This document shows, one piece after another, positions 13,818 to 23,583 of a DNA stretch of 64,000 bases. Source of the stretch: Lingula anatina (Eukaryota; Animalia; Brachiopoda); the NCBI GenBank assembly GCA_051362555.1, contig CM120649.1:15824567-15888566 (forward strand), given 5' to 3'. The translations under genes and the position numbers were made by a program. Position 1 is the first letter of the stretch. Each line of letters starts with the position of its first letter. Below the pieces are notes generated by a model. It ran no database searches, was not told where the DNA came from, and was given only the letters and a program-made list of their open reading frames with translations.

Positions 13818-16800
13818 TATATATTAAAATAATAACTCAGTTTATTGTAGCTAAGACATCAGCGATACCTGGTGACAATCTACGCACAGACTGTTCATAA
13901 TACAATGGTAAGGCCAAGATGTTTTAAAACGCCAAATCTAAAATTAAAAACTGTCTATGACAGTGCAAATATCTGATTATGAATTTTTGTTTACTTTTAT
14001 ATTTGATAAGTTTTATCATAGCAATAACAGACAAAAATTACATCACAACTTTTTTATCTGAATGTATGCCAGTATCTAACTCTTAGAACTGATAATCTCA
14101 GTTAAACAAGAAGACAGCCACTAAACCTTTGTTACATTAAATTTTCATTATAAATTAATTCTGCTTTTCAGGTCAGTAAATGAAAAATACTTTCATACAT
14201 ATAACTACATTGCCATCTTGCTTACAACATCTGTTAACAAATTATCACAATGACAGTGACCATATTGCTTTTTCCTCAAGAAGGTTTTGACAAGTCACTG
14301 ATGGTTGACCTTAAAGAATAATCTATTGAAAGAAATTGCCTAGATATTATTAAGAATTTGTTTACATTATCTCATCTTACTATCTGATGATTTTCATAAA
14401 AAATGAAAATAAACAGTAGTACTTACGTTTACATACTCTGTCAGTCAAGTTTGTACATGGTACAAATTCATACTCATCATCCTTACATTTAGGCAAACAA
14501 GCTGTAACAGATCACCAATTAATAAATCACATATAATAAATCAATGTTATATCTTGTAAGCATGCATGTTGCCATGATTAAAAAAACAGCATAAAAACAG
14601 CATTAGCAATGCTTTGTAAAAGGAAAAGTCAAAGTTTGAATGTGCTTAAAACCAACAACAAAAAGGCCTTGCATAATGCATTATTTCAAAACTGACAAAA
14701 AACCATGCTGTTAATTTCAAAACCCATCAACCAGAGTTATAAATGAATAAATACAAATGGGGAAAACTTAAATCAATCAACATTATACAGTACTTTTTAA
14801 ATATGACAGATCAAACAAAAAATCTTCTCAAAGCTAAATTTGTAAAATAATTGTCAGTGATGTAAAAAAAATCCGTAAAAATTTTGAGCAAACCACATGA
14901 AAAATCAGGTTTACTCATATGGCCACAATTATAACCAAGGACCAACTTCTTTCTTCCCAATCATTTGTATTACTTAATTGGCTAAGAATGTTCCATCCCA
15001 TTAGCCTACTATTGTTTCAAGTTGTTTGCCGTTTTTGTCCATGACTAATCCAAATCTAAAAGAGATTAAACCCTAAAATGTACCTGACGTACCTAAAAAG
15101 ACTTTTTCAACCACTGTGACACAATGAGTAAAAATTCACTATTGACAATAAAAACTCTTTCTAAGAATTTAAGTCTGAAAGATGAGGTAAGCTACCCTTT
15201 GGATTGACTCAAGAGTCTCAACTTAGCTTAGAATCTTAGGAAAGGTTTTTAACTCAAATTATTTTATATAAACAGGGCCCTGTAAAAGTTTCCAAGATAA
15301 TTAAAATGTAATTTTATTCAAAAAAGGGTCCATTTTCTTTTTAGGCACTTATGGACGCCATGCATTCAACAATAATATATGTATGTATGCATTGCAATAT
15401 GGCTTCTTTCCCTCCAGTTTATTTGGATTTTCATCCCATGTGAAACTGAACTAAAAATAAACTGCATACTCAACCCTCCCCATACGAAACTAAACTGTAA
15501 ATAAATGTGTCACCCCATGACTTACATTGGCACACCATGTCTTGTGTAGGGCTGCATGCAGAGTGTTTGAAGTGCCCTGATGGACACTGCTGCAAGCATG
15601 CTGCAAAAACATTGAATAAAAATCAAAATACAGCCGTGTTTAGATGAGACTACTTTAGACCAAAGTTGTTCCAACTTGCATCATGAGGTTTTATTGTCGA
15701 TATATTAAAAAAAAGTACACGCACTAAGGATCATGTCTGGTCTAAAATAGTCTTGGAGTAAACACGCCTTAAGCCAACAACGCCCACGTTACAAGGCAGC
15801 AAGAAACAACAACAATAAAAAGAGAGAAATAAAAAAAAAAAGAGAGAGAATGGTTTCTTCCTTAACTTGGTGCAATGTTACCCTGTGTTTCAGTATATCA
15901 TTTTCATCATCAACTGGATATAATTTTCTATCATCAACATTTCACAAGATGACTGACAATCACCACTCTTATCCTTTTTTTTTTTTGCAAATTTTTTATG
16001 ATATTAATGTACTATAGGATTTAAGTGACTATTCAAATGCCCCCATTCACATCTTAAATATATTGAATCCTGTCAGTGGAAATTTTTTGGTAAGTGGATA
16101 AAAAGAATGCCCCTTTTAGACCTCTGAAACCCAGGGTTGAACATCACACATATTTCGTATACATTAAGTGAAAAACCATGCCAAAATCAAGCCAACACTT
16201 TTCCAATTAAAAATATTAAATTTTAAAATATGAAAGTGCAGTGTAAAATCATTGTGGCAATTAGTTTAAAAATGCACTGTCAAGTATTATATATTATTTA
16301 TAAGCCAACAATTGGACTTGGATCAAATAAGGTGTCTCACTATAAAACTACAAAAAATTGCATGTTATTTCTAATTTATCTACATATTGAGGGCCAAAGT
16401 CCCTTGCAGTGGATAAGTTCTTGGGGACAGATTTTGTCAAATGTAATTAAGATATTTTGTACAATGATCAAAATGTAAAGAACATAATTCTAGGACAAAA
16501 AACAATCATTTATAAGAAAATAAAATAACAGAAGGGTTAAATTATTTAAGACATTTTTGAAAAAAAAATACAAGAACTGATACAAAATTACATGAATATA
16601 CCAATCAAAAGCTGAAAACAGAATCATTTAAACACCATTATTGAGTTAGTTTCAAGGTTAAAATGTTAGTATACACTAGATTATGAACATCATGGTGAGA
16701 TTGTTGTACACGTGCCACAAAACAATACAACTACTTGATATCTGAAACGTAGACAAAGATGTTAGTATTATAACTGTTAGAATTTCAACATGGAAACACA

Positions 16801-17717
16801 ATTCCAGAAACTACCAAGATTTTTGGAAGACACAAAATGCACACCTAGTCTGCACAAACTATCCATTAACATAAAAACTTCTTCAGAACACTCTCAGATT
16901 TAGTTGACTTTCCCACACCAAACAAAAACTAAGTATGATATTTAAACAGAACCCAAAGTCTAAGCAACAGGTAAAACTGTTGAATTAATGAATCATGTCA
17001 TAATATTTGATACCTAGGCTTCTTTTCTAAGGCAAATGTGATATTTCTTCAGAATGGAATTGTTTCATCACAGAAAAAAAAATCGAGTGTTGAATATGTG
17101 ACAAAATAGTACCATTTATCTATAGCAGCAAGATCACTAAAAATACATCTCTTACGTATTTTTCAAATAAAATTTTAGTTTTCAAGCAATATCTGTCAAA
17201 ATATTCTGATAGTGTTCTGAAAAACTAAAACTCCCTTAAATCTGTCAACTAAAAATTAACAAAATAAAAAAAAGAAAAGAAAGGTAAATAATAAAGGAGA
17301 CATAGTAACATAATGATAGTGGCACATATAGGGACCATCTCAATATTTCACAATTAGTGTCCTCCATACTATTTCCTAGTCTATGTTATTTAGCTGTGAG
17401 AGAAGGTATCTACAGTCATGGCTGACATGTGATACTGTGAGATGGTCCCAGAACTAAACCTGAAACTCCTAAACCACAGCCAACAGCTTTGCTACAACCC
17501 CAGATGGAAATGTTCAATTCTTTTTGGGATTAGGTATCAAATTTATTTCATTTTGACACAAATTTACTGTTAAAAATCAATCGGATCGTTTTTTTATTTT
17601 TACCAAGGTTTTTTTTTTTAATGAATATGTTTTGATATGTTCAAAAGATCAAAACAATTCATAAATTATTATAATGAATATCAATGAAACCATAATTTCA
17701 AAATGAAAATTTCTTAG

Positions 17718-17751
<34 letters not shown>

Positions 17752-20700
17752 AACTTATTGTTAAGTTTCCTTTTGAAAAGGATAAGCAGTGTTTCTGTAT
17801 GTTAACCCCATTTTCATTTTATTTTCAGTTTTGCCAAATCGTATGATAAATTACTGCAAACATGAAACAACATTTCCATCCAAGTTTAGACATTGTTGCC
17901 ATGGATACAGTGCTGTACCTTGACATCGTGGTTGCATGGTGCCGTTACAAGGAGACGTACGATAAGATCCAGTGGGACAGGGAATACTGCATGCTGTAAC
18001 CACGGAAACATAGACACAGGGGAAATATAATTATGGGATAGACTAACACTATCAATGTCTATGGATCATGGGATAGATCAACAGAAATATCTATTTTACT
18101 ATTATTAAAGGATATACAACAATCTACTGGTATGATAATTACTGGTAAAGATTTCTATTATATCATTATCATTCTATACATAGAAAAAAGTGGGAAATAT
18201 TTCTCAAGTCTGTAAAGTAAATCAGTTACTGGGTTTAGATATAAACGGATTGGTACTAACACTAGGCTGACAAAGTTCTACTATTGGATAGATTACAACA
18301 ACAATCATATTGAAAAAATAAAAGGTACCTAAAAATTAGGGGACAGTTTAACAAGGTTTGACATGAAATGTATTACTACTCCTAGGTCATGTATAATGCT
18401 TCACATCATTTAGCTGTAAGTATTGTTGGAAAGGGAGATATGTATTCTACTTATCCTAGTAGGAAAGGAACACAATTAGAGACATAAAATTTACAACACA
18501 TGGACAATGAACATAAATCATTAATCTCACACATATTAACTTAAGTTAAGAGCTTTCAAAAACAGGCCATTTTGTTTCTAGAAAAATCTACCAAAGTCAC
18601 ATTCATTTCAGTTTTAAACATTTATCTAATAATCCTGAAATACAACTTTTTTCTCTATCAATCAGTTTACTGAATTAAACCATGAAGATGAATTTAATGC
18701 ATTTATTATTTTAAAAATCAAATTTGGAAAAGTGGGGAAACTTTTTTTAACTGATCAAAACCCTAGGCTAAGATGTTATATACGGAATATGCTGTTGAGA
18801 ATGAAAATGACCATAATGATAAATGTTGCATTTCCTGGGATTTCACCTAGTTCTAAGTAATGCCAAAAACGTAAAAATATTCTGATACTATTACCCACAA
18901 CTAAACCTTTCTAATATGTAGACTTAAAATTAACTGTAAAAAGTCCTTGTTTCTAGAATAATTTACTGGTCTAAAAACTGCCATTTAACACTTCTTTATG
19001 GCAGAAAAAAATCCTCAAAAATTATCACATGACATTATGTTTTCTTCATTCAAGCAGTGCCATTTGTCTTTGACAGCTAGCATCATAATGATTTCCCTTG
19101 AAAAAGAAATATTGATCAGCAAAACGTGTTAAAAATAAAATTACTTGTCTAATGATTCCAAATAATGGAAACATTGACTTCAAAATCATCATACAATAAA
19201 CTGTAAAACTAAATATTCTGTGAATGTGGTAAAATACATGCTCTCTGTGCATTTTGGCATATGAGGTGATGAACTGCGAATGTAAATATTGACTTTAAAT
19301 TTTCAGTAATTACAGTAATATATACAACTAAACTTTTAATTAAAGAATCTTTCTTTGGTCAACTCAAAATGAAACAAATTCAAACAATGTGGTACCTTTA
19401 CATTTAAACTCTTAAACATATCACAGTCAATATGTGCACCTGTGATTGCACATGTGAGGTATCTGTACATATAACAATTACTAGAGCAGCCTTCTTTTAA
19501 TAAAAATCACCCACAAATATATACACTTCTAACAATGAGCTAGACACTATCCTACACATCAATATGTATATAACTACCAGAAAAACTGAAATATCATATC
19601 TGTGGCCATGTAAAATATATCCCAAACATCACAGTCTTTTGTTTCTAACAGATACCAGGCAACTGTGACAATTCTATTAAACTATGCCCCATTCATAAGT
19701 TATTATAAATAATGATAAAAGTTGCACTGAATTTAAAGAATCATTAAAAAAATAAGTAAATGAAATTAATAACTTACTAATATATCTATTTAAAAAATTA
19801 AAACTTTGTAAATTTGTTCTTTGTGCCACAAGATATGATATTTTCATCCCTAACTCCAGTACAAAATTTGAACCCGTATTTATCAAATTCAGATGTGAAA
19901 TTCTATTAAATAAGAACAACTATTCAACAAACCCAGCAATATAACATTATGTTTGAAATCAATGATTAAAAATATTATAAATCCACATTTAAGTCTTCAC
20001 AAAAATCAAATCCACCTATTTAAAGATTAGGACCTCTAACTCCACAAGTGAAAATTAATCTCACTACCACCCCATGCCACATGTTATCTCAACATTTTAA
20101 CAAATTATCCCAAAAACCACTAAAACCGTAGGTTATTAATTATGAAATACACCATGCCAAGGCATAAAACCCAGCAGAAACATGACCGTCACCTAAAAAC
20201 CAAACTGTTATATAACCACCATCAAAAAGATCCCGTAAAACCACAAAGAACTATTAATTACAGTTTGCAGTAACACCACAAAATGCCAATGGTCACCACT
20301 CTGTGAGTCTACTTACGTGTGCACGAAAGTCCGTCACCGTGAAAGCCCTCAAGACAGATGCACTTGTAGCCGCCATTAGTGTTACGACATACAGCGTCCT
20401 GGTGGCAGAGTTGGCCCAGTTCAATACACTCACTTATATCTGGAACCAGAGTTAATAGTGGTTATGCTTTTCTTGTATTTCAGAGCCATCTTTTTTCTTG
20501 AGATGTGAAAAGAAGAAAAAAATAAAAATTATGTGGAAAGGCAGTATGTGGTAAAATGATTATCTTTTTATTTTTCACAATTTTAATTTACAACATTAAA
20601 ATAGAGACCATAATCACTTTAACAATTTAAAATGTCCGAAAAATGTATAATATATGTCAAGGATTCTCTCCTGCTGTATGTGTATACTTTACCAGTACAA

Positions 20701-21203
20701 ATTCCATTTTCCATTGGCCTAAAGCCTCGGCGACAGATACAGGAGCCTGTTTTGACATCACATTTGTCGGCACAGCGTATCCCGTGACATCGGCTAGAGG
20801 AAATGTCTGAGAGGTATGGGTCATCAACATCTGGAAAAATGTTATCGTGACTTTTTCAGTAACTGTGCTTTATAAATGAACTTGTAAAATATAAATTATT
20901 GATAAATACCAGATAATTAAATTGCGCAATGCAAAATATGTGGTTTCTGTTCTTCCCATCTTTTCTGTCCCAGATATTAACAAAATACCCTGCTTACCAT
21001 AAATATTTATCTCTGTGTGGTCCATGCCATTGACCAGTTCCACGCGATTCTCTATTTTAGCATAAACTGCTGATCCTTTCGAAATGAAGTGTGCCGGCAT
21101 GTAGATCTTGATTTGGACGCGAGTTTCATCCTGGAACTTATTACAGCAAACCCCTGTGACGAGGCCTAGAACACTGATCACAGCCAGGGTGGTCAAATGG
21201 AGC
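1788..21203 (-). CDS. Gene A: uncharacterised multi-exon cell-surface protein (EGF + cbEGF + 3 TNFR-like Cys repeats + long ectodomain + multi-pass TM region, DC-STAMP-like topology); start exon unresolved
   Basis: 24 exons chained by hand with GT-AG sites and matching phases: 20998-21203, 20693-20830, 20317-20439, 17919-17993, 15526-15600, 14427-14501, 13642-13779, 13295-13473, 9477-9727, 9010-9219, 8565-8774, 8085-8281, 7568-7864, 7111-7338, 6701-6841, 6306-6444, 5715-5901, 5206-5327, 4631-4842, 4010-4416, 3465-3599, 2798-3123, 2333-2497, 1788-1866 (TAG). Total 4315 nt, open throughout. Confidence 0.85.
2094..2180. repeat. poly(A) plus (AT)n microsatellite
   Basis: Direct inspection. Confidence 0.95.
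2333..2497 (-). CDS. Gene A exon with last transmembrane helix
   Basis: Phase 2-2; PVSRVTEAQLASSLRPFLNALHTIVVNTCHLLIVFVAALVLIDLISSVVWLYLQ. Confidence 0.85.
2798..3123 (-). CDS. Gene A exon (loop with Cys)
   Basis: Phase 0-2; TLPISSVRATAMTQLRAQAHRLNTVELP...FIPCDIGLVNVEMGKR. Confidence 0.85.
3465..3599 (-). CDS. Gene A exon with transmembrane helix
   Basis: Phase 0-0; LMKTEFVPKLVGVGLVCALIYFLLASSQVLITASTLSSLGYFKAL; donor gtaagt. Confidence 0.85.
4010..4416 (-). CDS. Gene A exon with transmembrane helix
   Basis: Phase 1-0; ...WTTFLVLVLIIDCVWLIHRVARTYVTAHRLMYGTPHYIDC...YNIR. Confidence 0.85.
4631..4842 (-). CDS. Gene A exon
   Basis: Phase 2-1; AAYNSYVSNTVSRLLFDMKK...WLGFKERLQTLEA; donor gtaggt. 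Confidence 0.8.
5206..5327 (-). CDS. Gene A exon (helical loop)
   Basis: Phase 0-2; AQEQLNAQQLHQLTSQRVSQAMYQYAHKAMEEFTATVTRS. Confidence 0.83.
5575..5652. repeat. (AAT)n microsatellite
   Basis: Direct inspection; source of the spurious poly-Leu in ORF 5487..5915. Confidence 0.95.
5715..5901 (-). CDS. Gene A exon (helical loop)
   Basis: Phase 2-0; GPLHTLRQYPSFLVTVQSLQQLEAQEVNQYLIKELDKQMVSFNQTRTKCQAHIQAMQDKMIK. Confidence 0.85.
5986..6060 (+). repeat. Dispersed repeat fragment (copy at ~35488)
   Basis: AGGGATGAAACTGCCATTTAGTGAAAAA vs AGGGATGAGACTGCCATTTAGTGAAAAA at ~35488. Confidence 0.55.
6244..6296. repeat. (GT)n(GA)n compound microsatellite
   Basis: Direct inspection. Confidence 0.95.
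6306..6444 (-). CDS. Gene A exon: transmembrane segment(s)
   Basis: Phase 1-2; DGKGIDVDSRFHTSHLMMTVMYVVFRTAYSLAVTCTVFLFVWIYLN. Confidence 0.83.
6701..6841 (-). CDS. Gene A exon: first transmembrane helix of the multi-pass region
   Basis: Phase 1-1; ...SKSLVIGLGAVIGFLLLLLVVGSCLS. Confidence 0.85.
7111..7338 (-). CDS. Gene A exon (ectodomain, beta-rich)
   Basis: Phase 1-1; GFFTIKVHEDDYPDAPLFNMDIGQTDHEAFKVLLPV...QAQIQ. Confidence 0.85.
7568..7864 (-). CDS. Gene A exon (ectodomain, N-glycosylation sequons NTT/NTS/NAT)
   Basis: Phase 1-1; corresponds to ORF 7563..7847. Confidence 0.85.
8085..8281 (-). CDS. Gene A exon (ectodomain)
   Basis: Phase 2-1; HPLLNVHYSTGFAVQPQVLHG...RVRPKFPWGISTKTW; donor gtgagt. 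Confidence 0.83.
8565..8774 (-). CDS. Gene A exon (ectodomain)
   Basis: Phase 2-2; CLKGNVAELVLSPTFSSRAEDFLCHIEPAPDYLYDIQY...WNMVDV. Confidence 0.85.
9010..9219 (-). CDS. Gene A exon: unassigned Cys-rich module
   Basis: Phase 2-2; CATQRASCQSCINKCAEDLKTKAPEKCRITGEDPDDGWSPRLRHCQNCCLKENCAQTCSSHSDSDCQPVK. Confidence 0.85.
9477..9727 (-). CDS. Gene A exon (ectodomain)
   Basis: Phase 0-2; GAVVKATYRNCTLAPSGGMVCKGGYHMDPRQPCLTY...FADPTER. Confidence 0.85.
9876..13238 (-). mobile_element. Non-autonomous Helentron-associated element (HINE/DINE-1/pearl-like) with internal tandem array, in an intron of gene A
   Basis: Perfect 14-bp subterminal inverted repeats ATTGTACCACCAGC (9910-9923) / GCTGGTGGTACAAT (13222-13235); hairpin 13204-13233; GGAGCCGGC microsatellite 13135-13180; short hairpin GAGGCG-ATAC-CGCCTC (~9889-9904) ahead of a terminal CTAG-TT on the minus strand; no ORF of transposase size. 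Confidence 0.75.
10060..12235. repeat. Tandem array of ~15 x 146-bp units
   Basis: GTAGGTCAAAGG recurs at 10226, 10372, 10518 ... 12124 (period 146); first copy at 10082 is more diverged; a degenerate extra copy lies near 12845-12960. Confidence 0.97.
13295..13473 (-). CDS. Gene A exon (ectodomain)
   Basis: Phase 1-0; GTDLSIQISVNEVNLLPQFRAV...YCPHPMPQEYDLQFVMHK; donor AAG|gtactg. Confidence 0.82.
13642..13779 (-). CDS. Gene A exon (ectodomain)
   Basis: Phase 1-1; PKDALIPQLSPDTVYEDKNRNFGVRSRLWYLEEGQFSGAKTYALSR. Confidence 0.82.
14427..14501 (-). CDS. Gene A exon: TNFR-like Cys-rich repeat 3
   Basis: 75 nt, phase 1-1, donor gtaagt; SCLPKCKDDEYEFVPCTNLTDRVCK. Confidence 0.88.
15526..15600 (-). 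CDS. Gene A exon: TNFR-like Cys-rich repeat 2
   Basis: 75 nt, phase 1-1, donor gtaagt; ACLQQCPSGHFKHSACSPTQDMVCQ. Confidence 0.88.
15633..15768. mobile_element. Small MITE-like inverted-repeat element
   Basis: GCCGTGTTTA...GACTACTTTAGACCA / TGGTCTAAAATAGTC...TAAACACGCC imperfect arms. Confidence 0.55.
17919..17993 (-). CDS. Gene A exon: TNFR-like Cys-rich repeat 1
   Basis: 75 nt, phase 1-1; PCSIPCPTGSYRTSPCNGTMQPRCQ. Confidence 0.85.
20317..20439 (-). CDS. Gene A exon: calcium-binding EGF domain
   Basis: Phase 1-1; DISECIELGQLCHQDAVCRNTNGGYKCICLEGFHGDGLSCT, matching the D-I-x-E-C...C-x-N-T-x-G-x-Y-x-C-x-C pattern. Confidence 0.93.
20693..20830 (-). CDS. Gene A exon: EGF-like domain
   Basis: Phase 1-1; DVDDPYLSDISSSRCHGIRCADKCDVKTGSCICRRGFRPMENGICT, six Cys with CxCxxGF. 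Confidence 0.9.
20998..21203 (-). CDS. Gene A exon: hydrophobic signal/anchor segment plus start of ectodomain
   Basis: Acceptor ttttag|G (phase 2), donor G|gtaagc; (R)LHLTTLAVISVLGLVTGVCCNKFQDETRVQIKIYMPAHF...EINIY. Confidence 0.85.
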
Positions 21204-22269
21204 CTAAAAGTGAAAATGATAAACAAAAATTATTAGGCAAAAACATATGTTGATACATTGGTACACAACCAGTCTTTGCATGATTTTCAAGTCTCACTTT
21301 GTCAGTGACGATTAACATTTTTGAGCTAAATAATTTTCGCGAAAAAATTCAAATTGACTGATTTAACAATGAACTTAATATGGTGCATATTCCCTATACA
21401 AGCCTCAAAACAAGAATATCACCTATTTAAGTAAGGAGCATATTTTTATCACAATACATATATATATATGCAGTTACGTTTTTCTCCTTATTTCAAAATT
21501 GACATCAAGGTAACTTTAATCAAAATAAGTCTTAAAACACATTGCTACAAAACTAAAGTACTAGAATCTGATCACTAATAAACATCACCAATGTCTATAT
21601 AAAATTATGCAAAAATGAAAAAAAAAAAAAAATAAATAAAAATCTATAACATATGCCAAATTTGCATAAAATGCACAATTTGTCAATCATATAACTAGCA
21701 ATAAACTACTCCTAGATGTCAGCACAATCTGTCCAACTGTGTCCACATTCCACTCCCTAGGTGTCGCTACTGGCTATTTTCGTGTGCCTAGCCCTATTGT
21801 GCATGCAGGTGATTTGAACACAAAGGTTGAGGCCAATTGGCAATGCATTTGAAAAAGTTTGGTCTAATTGATAGATATAAAGAAAGCATTTACAAGGAAG
21901 TGGTTGGAATTTTTCTACAGAATTTAGAATATATATAAAATTTATCATTGTACTGATCTTCAGAGATTTTTTTTAACATTAAAACATTAACTTCAAAAAA
22001 GGGTAAAAACCATGAAAGATCTATAAAATATATTTCTAAACTTCATACCTAAGAATTATTCAATGTCATTGCCAAAAGAGACCCATAAAAACCTCTGTCT
22101 AATGCGGTGATGTGTAATGAAAAAAGAACACAAGTGACTGCATAGTGAAAGCTGCGCTGCAATCCCATGTAGGATAAAGGTCAAAGATCAGGCAGTATCA
22201 CACCGCATAATGCTGTTCACTGCAATGCCAAAAATGCCCAATCACCACGGCAACCCAGCACCACATCAC

Positions 22270-23583
22270 TCAGCAACAGTACCTTTTTTGGGCAGGTCCG
22301 CCACCCCCACCTCCTTCACCTCTTCCGCCACCACTAGATGTCCTACCAATTGCCTTATTTTTGCCATCCTCTGGCAGAATTCTCATTTCATCTGAAAGAT
22401 TTCCATTAACAGGTTCATGATTATGACCTCCATTTATATGTCTTGCCCTGTGAACCGTAGAGTCAGCTTTTGCCTGTGCTGCAGCAAATCTCTTGATCAA
22501 CTCTTTATTGTTATTGCGATGCCTCGTCTCTGGGGAGTGAAGGCCCTTGTCCCAAGGGGCATCCTGCACAGGGGTTGTAGGGGTTCCCTTTGGGGTGGTG
22601 GGTGTTCCCTTTGGGGTATCGGCTGTTACTATAGTAACCACGCTTTCAGTACTGCTGCCTGTCCCTGTGCTACTAGCAACACTACGGCTCAGCGCCTTCA
22701 ATTCTACCCCAATGGGAAGTCTGGCCAATTTCCAAGATGGCCGTCGACCAGATGGTGAATGAGGAGGGACGTAAGTGTGTCTGGTTGTACTAGGACTTCT
22801 CATTGGCTCCCGCATTAGTGGCAAGTACAAGTCCCGGGCATCGATCCGTTTTCCTTCTTGGATTTCTGAGCTCTCTTCACTGAGGGCCCTGGCTAGTGCT
22901 CTTTCCCTTTCCTCATTGCTGAGATTGTCTGCCAAGTTCATTTGACTGCTGGGCAGAAGAATATCATCGAAAAGGGCCATTTCGTCATCTTCTGGGTCAA
23001 AGGTCACAGGAGTATCATCCACCATGTCATGGAGGCCGTAGTCAAAATCCGAGTCCCATGATAGCTCATCAGCGCCAAGGCCTTTTCGTGTATGACGCGG
23101 GGTACCACTACCTGTGTCATCGCTGCTGAGAGTTTTCCTTTGCGACACGCTACTACTGCTGTGGTCCGAGTCAGGCTCAGAGCTGACAATGGCGCTAAGC
23201 CTCTTCATGTCCGTGTCACTATCGCTCAAAGTCTGTGAAGGCTCAGGAAGCAGCTGGTTGGTTGGATGTGGATGTTCCACAGTGATTTTAACAGGATGCT
23301 TTTCCCTGGCAAGATTCCCCACTCCCCGATTCTCCTTTCCCCTCCCATCATTCTTTAATGCTGCTGATGCTCTCTCCATAGCAACAGGACTGCTCTCCTG
23401 TGATTGGAGTTTACTATGTGACACTGACCTTGATTTTTGACCTTTCAACCTCTGATAAGAAGCTGACCTTTTCACTGAGTGTGTGCTCCTTGTAGAACTC
23501 GTAGCTTCTCCATCTGAAGATGCTGCATCGTCACCTGAAGATTTGGATGGGCGGGACCTTGGTCGCCTCTTCTTGGTTGGAGT
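22270..23583 (-). CDS. Gene B large exon (low-complexity Ser/Thr/Asp-rich), ending RYCC* or splicing onward at 22283
   Basis: 441-aa ORF, GC-richer than its flanks, acceptor tttacag|ACT phase 0. Confidence 0.87.
   Translation of the reverse strand, partial: TPTKKRRPRSRPSKSSGDDAASSDGEATSSTRSTHSVKRSASYQRLKGQKSRSVSHSKLQSQESSPVAMERASAALKNDGRGKENRGVGNLAREKHPVKITVEHPHPTNQLLPEPSQTLSDSDTDMKRLSAIVSSEPDSDHSSSSVSQRKTLSSDDTGSGTPRHTRKGLGADELSWDSDFDYGLHDMVDDTPVTFDPEDDEMALFDDILLPSSQMNLADNLSNEERERALARALSEESSEIQEGKRIDARDLYLPLMREPMRSPSTTRHTYVPPHSPSGRRPSWKLARLPIGVELKALSRSVASSTGTGSSTESVVTIVTADTPKGTPTTPKGTPTTPVQDAPWDKGLHSPETRHRNNNKELIKRFAAAQAKADSTVHRARHINGGHNHEPVNGNLSDEMRILPEDGKNKAIGRTSSGGGRGEGGGGGGPAQKRYCC

Noticed and set aside
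21298-21318. ATG mini-exon MLIVTDK with donor gtgaga as gene A start
   Set aside because: Phase 0 join puts the next exon out of frame and hits TAA.
22049-22049. Strong donor TAG|gtatga as gene A's coding first exon
   Set aside because: In the required phase there is an in-frame TGA four codons upstream and no ATG after it; use would lose the signal peptide. It remains possible as a non-coding junction.
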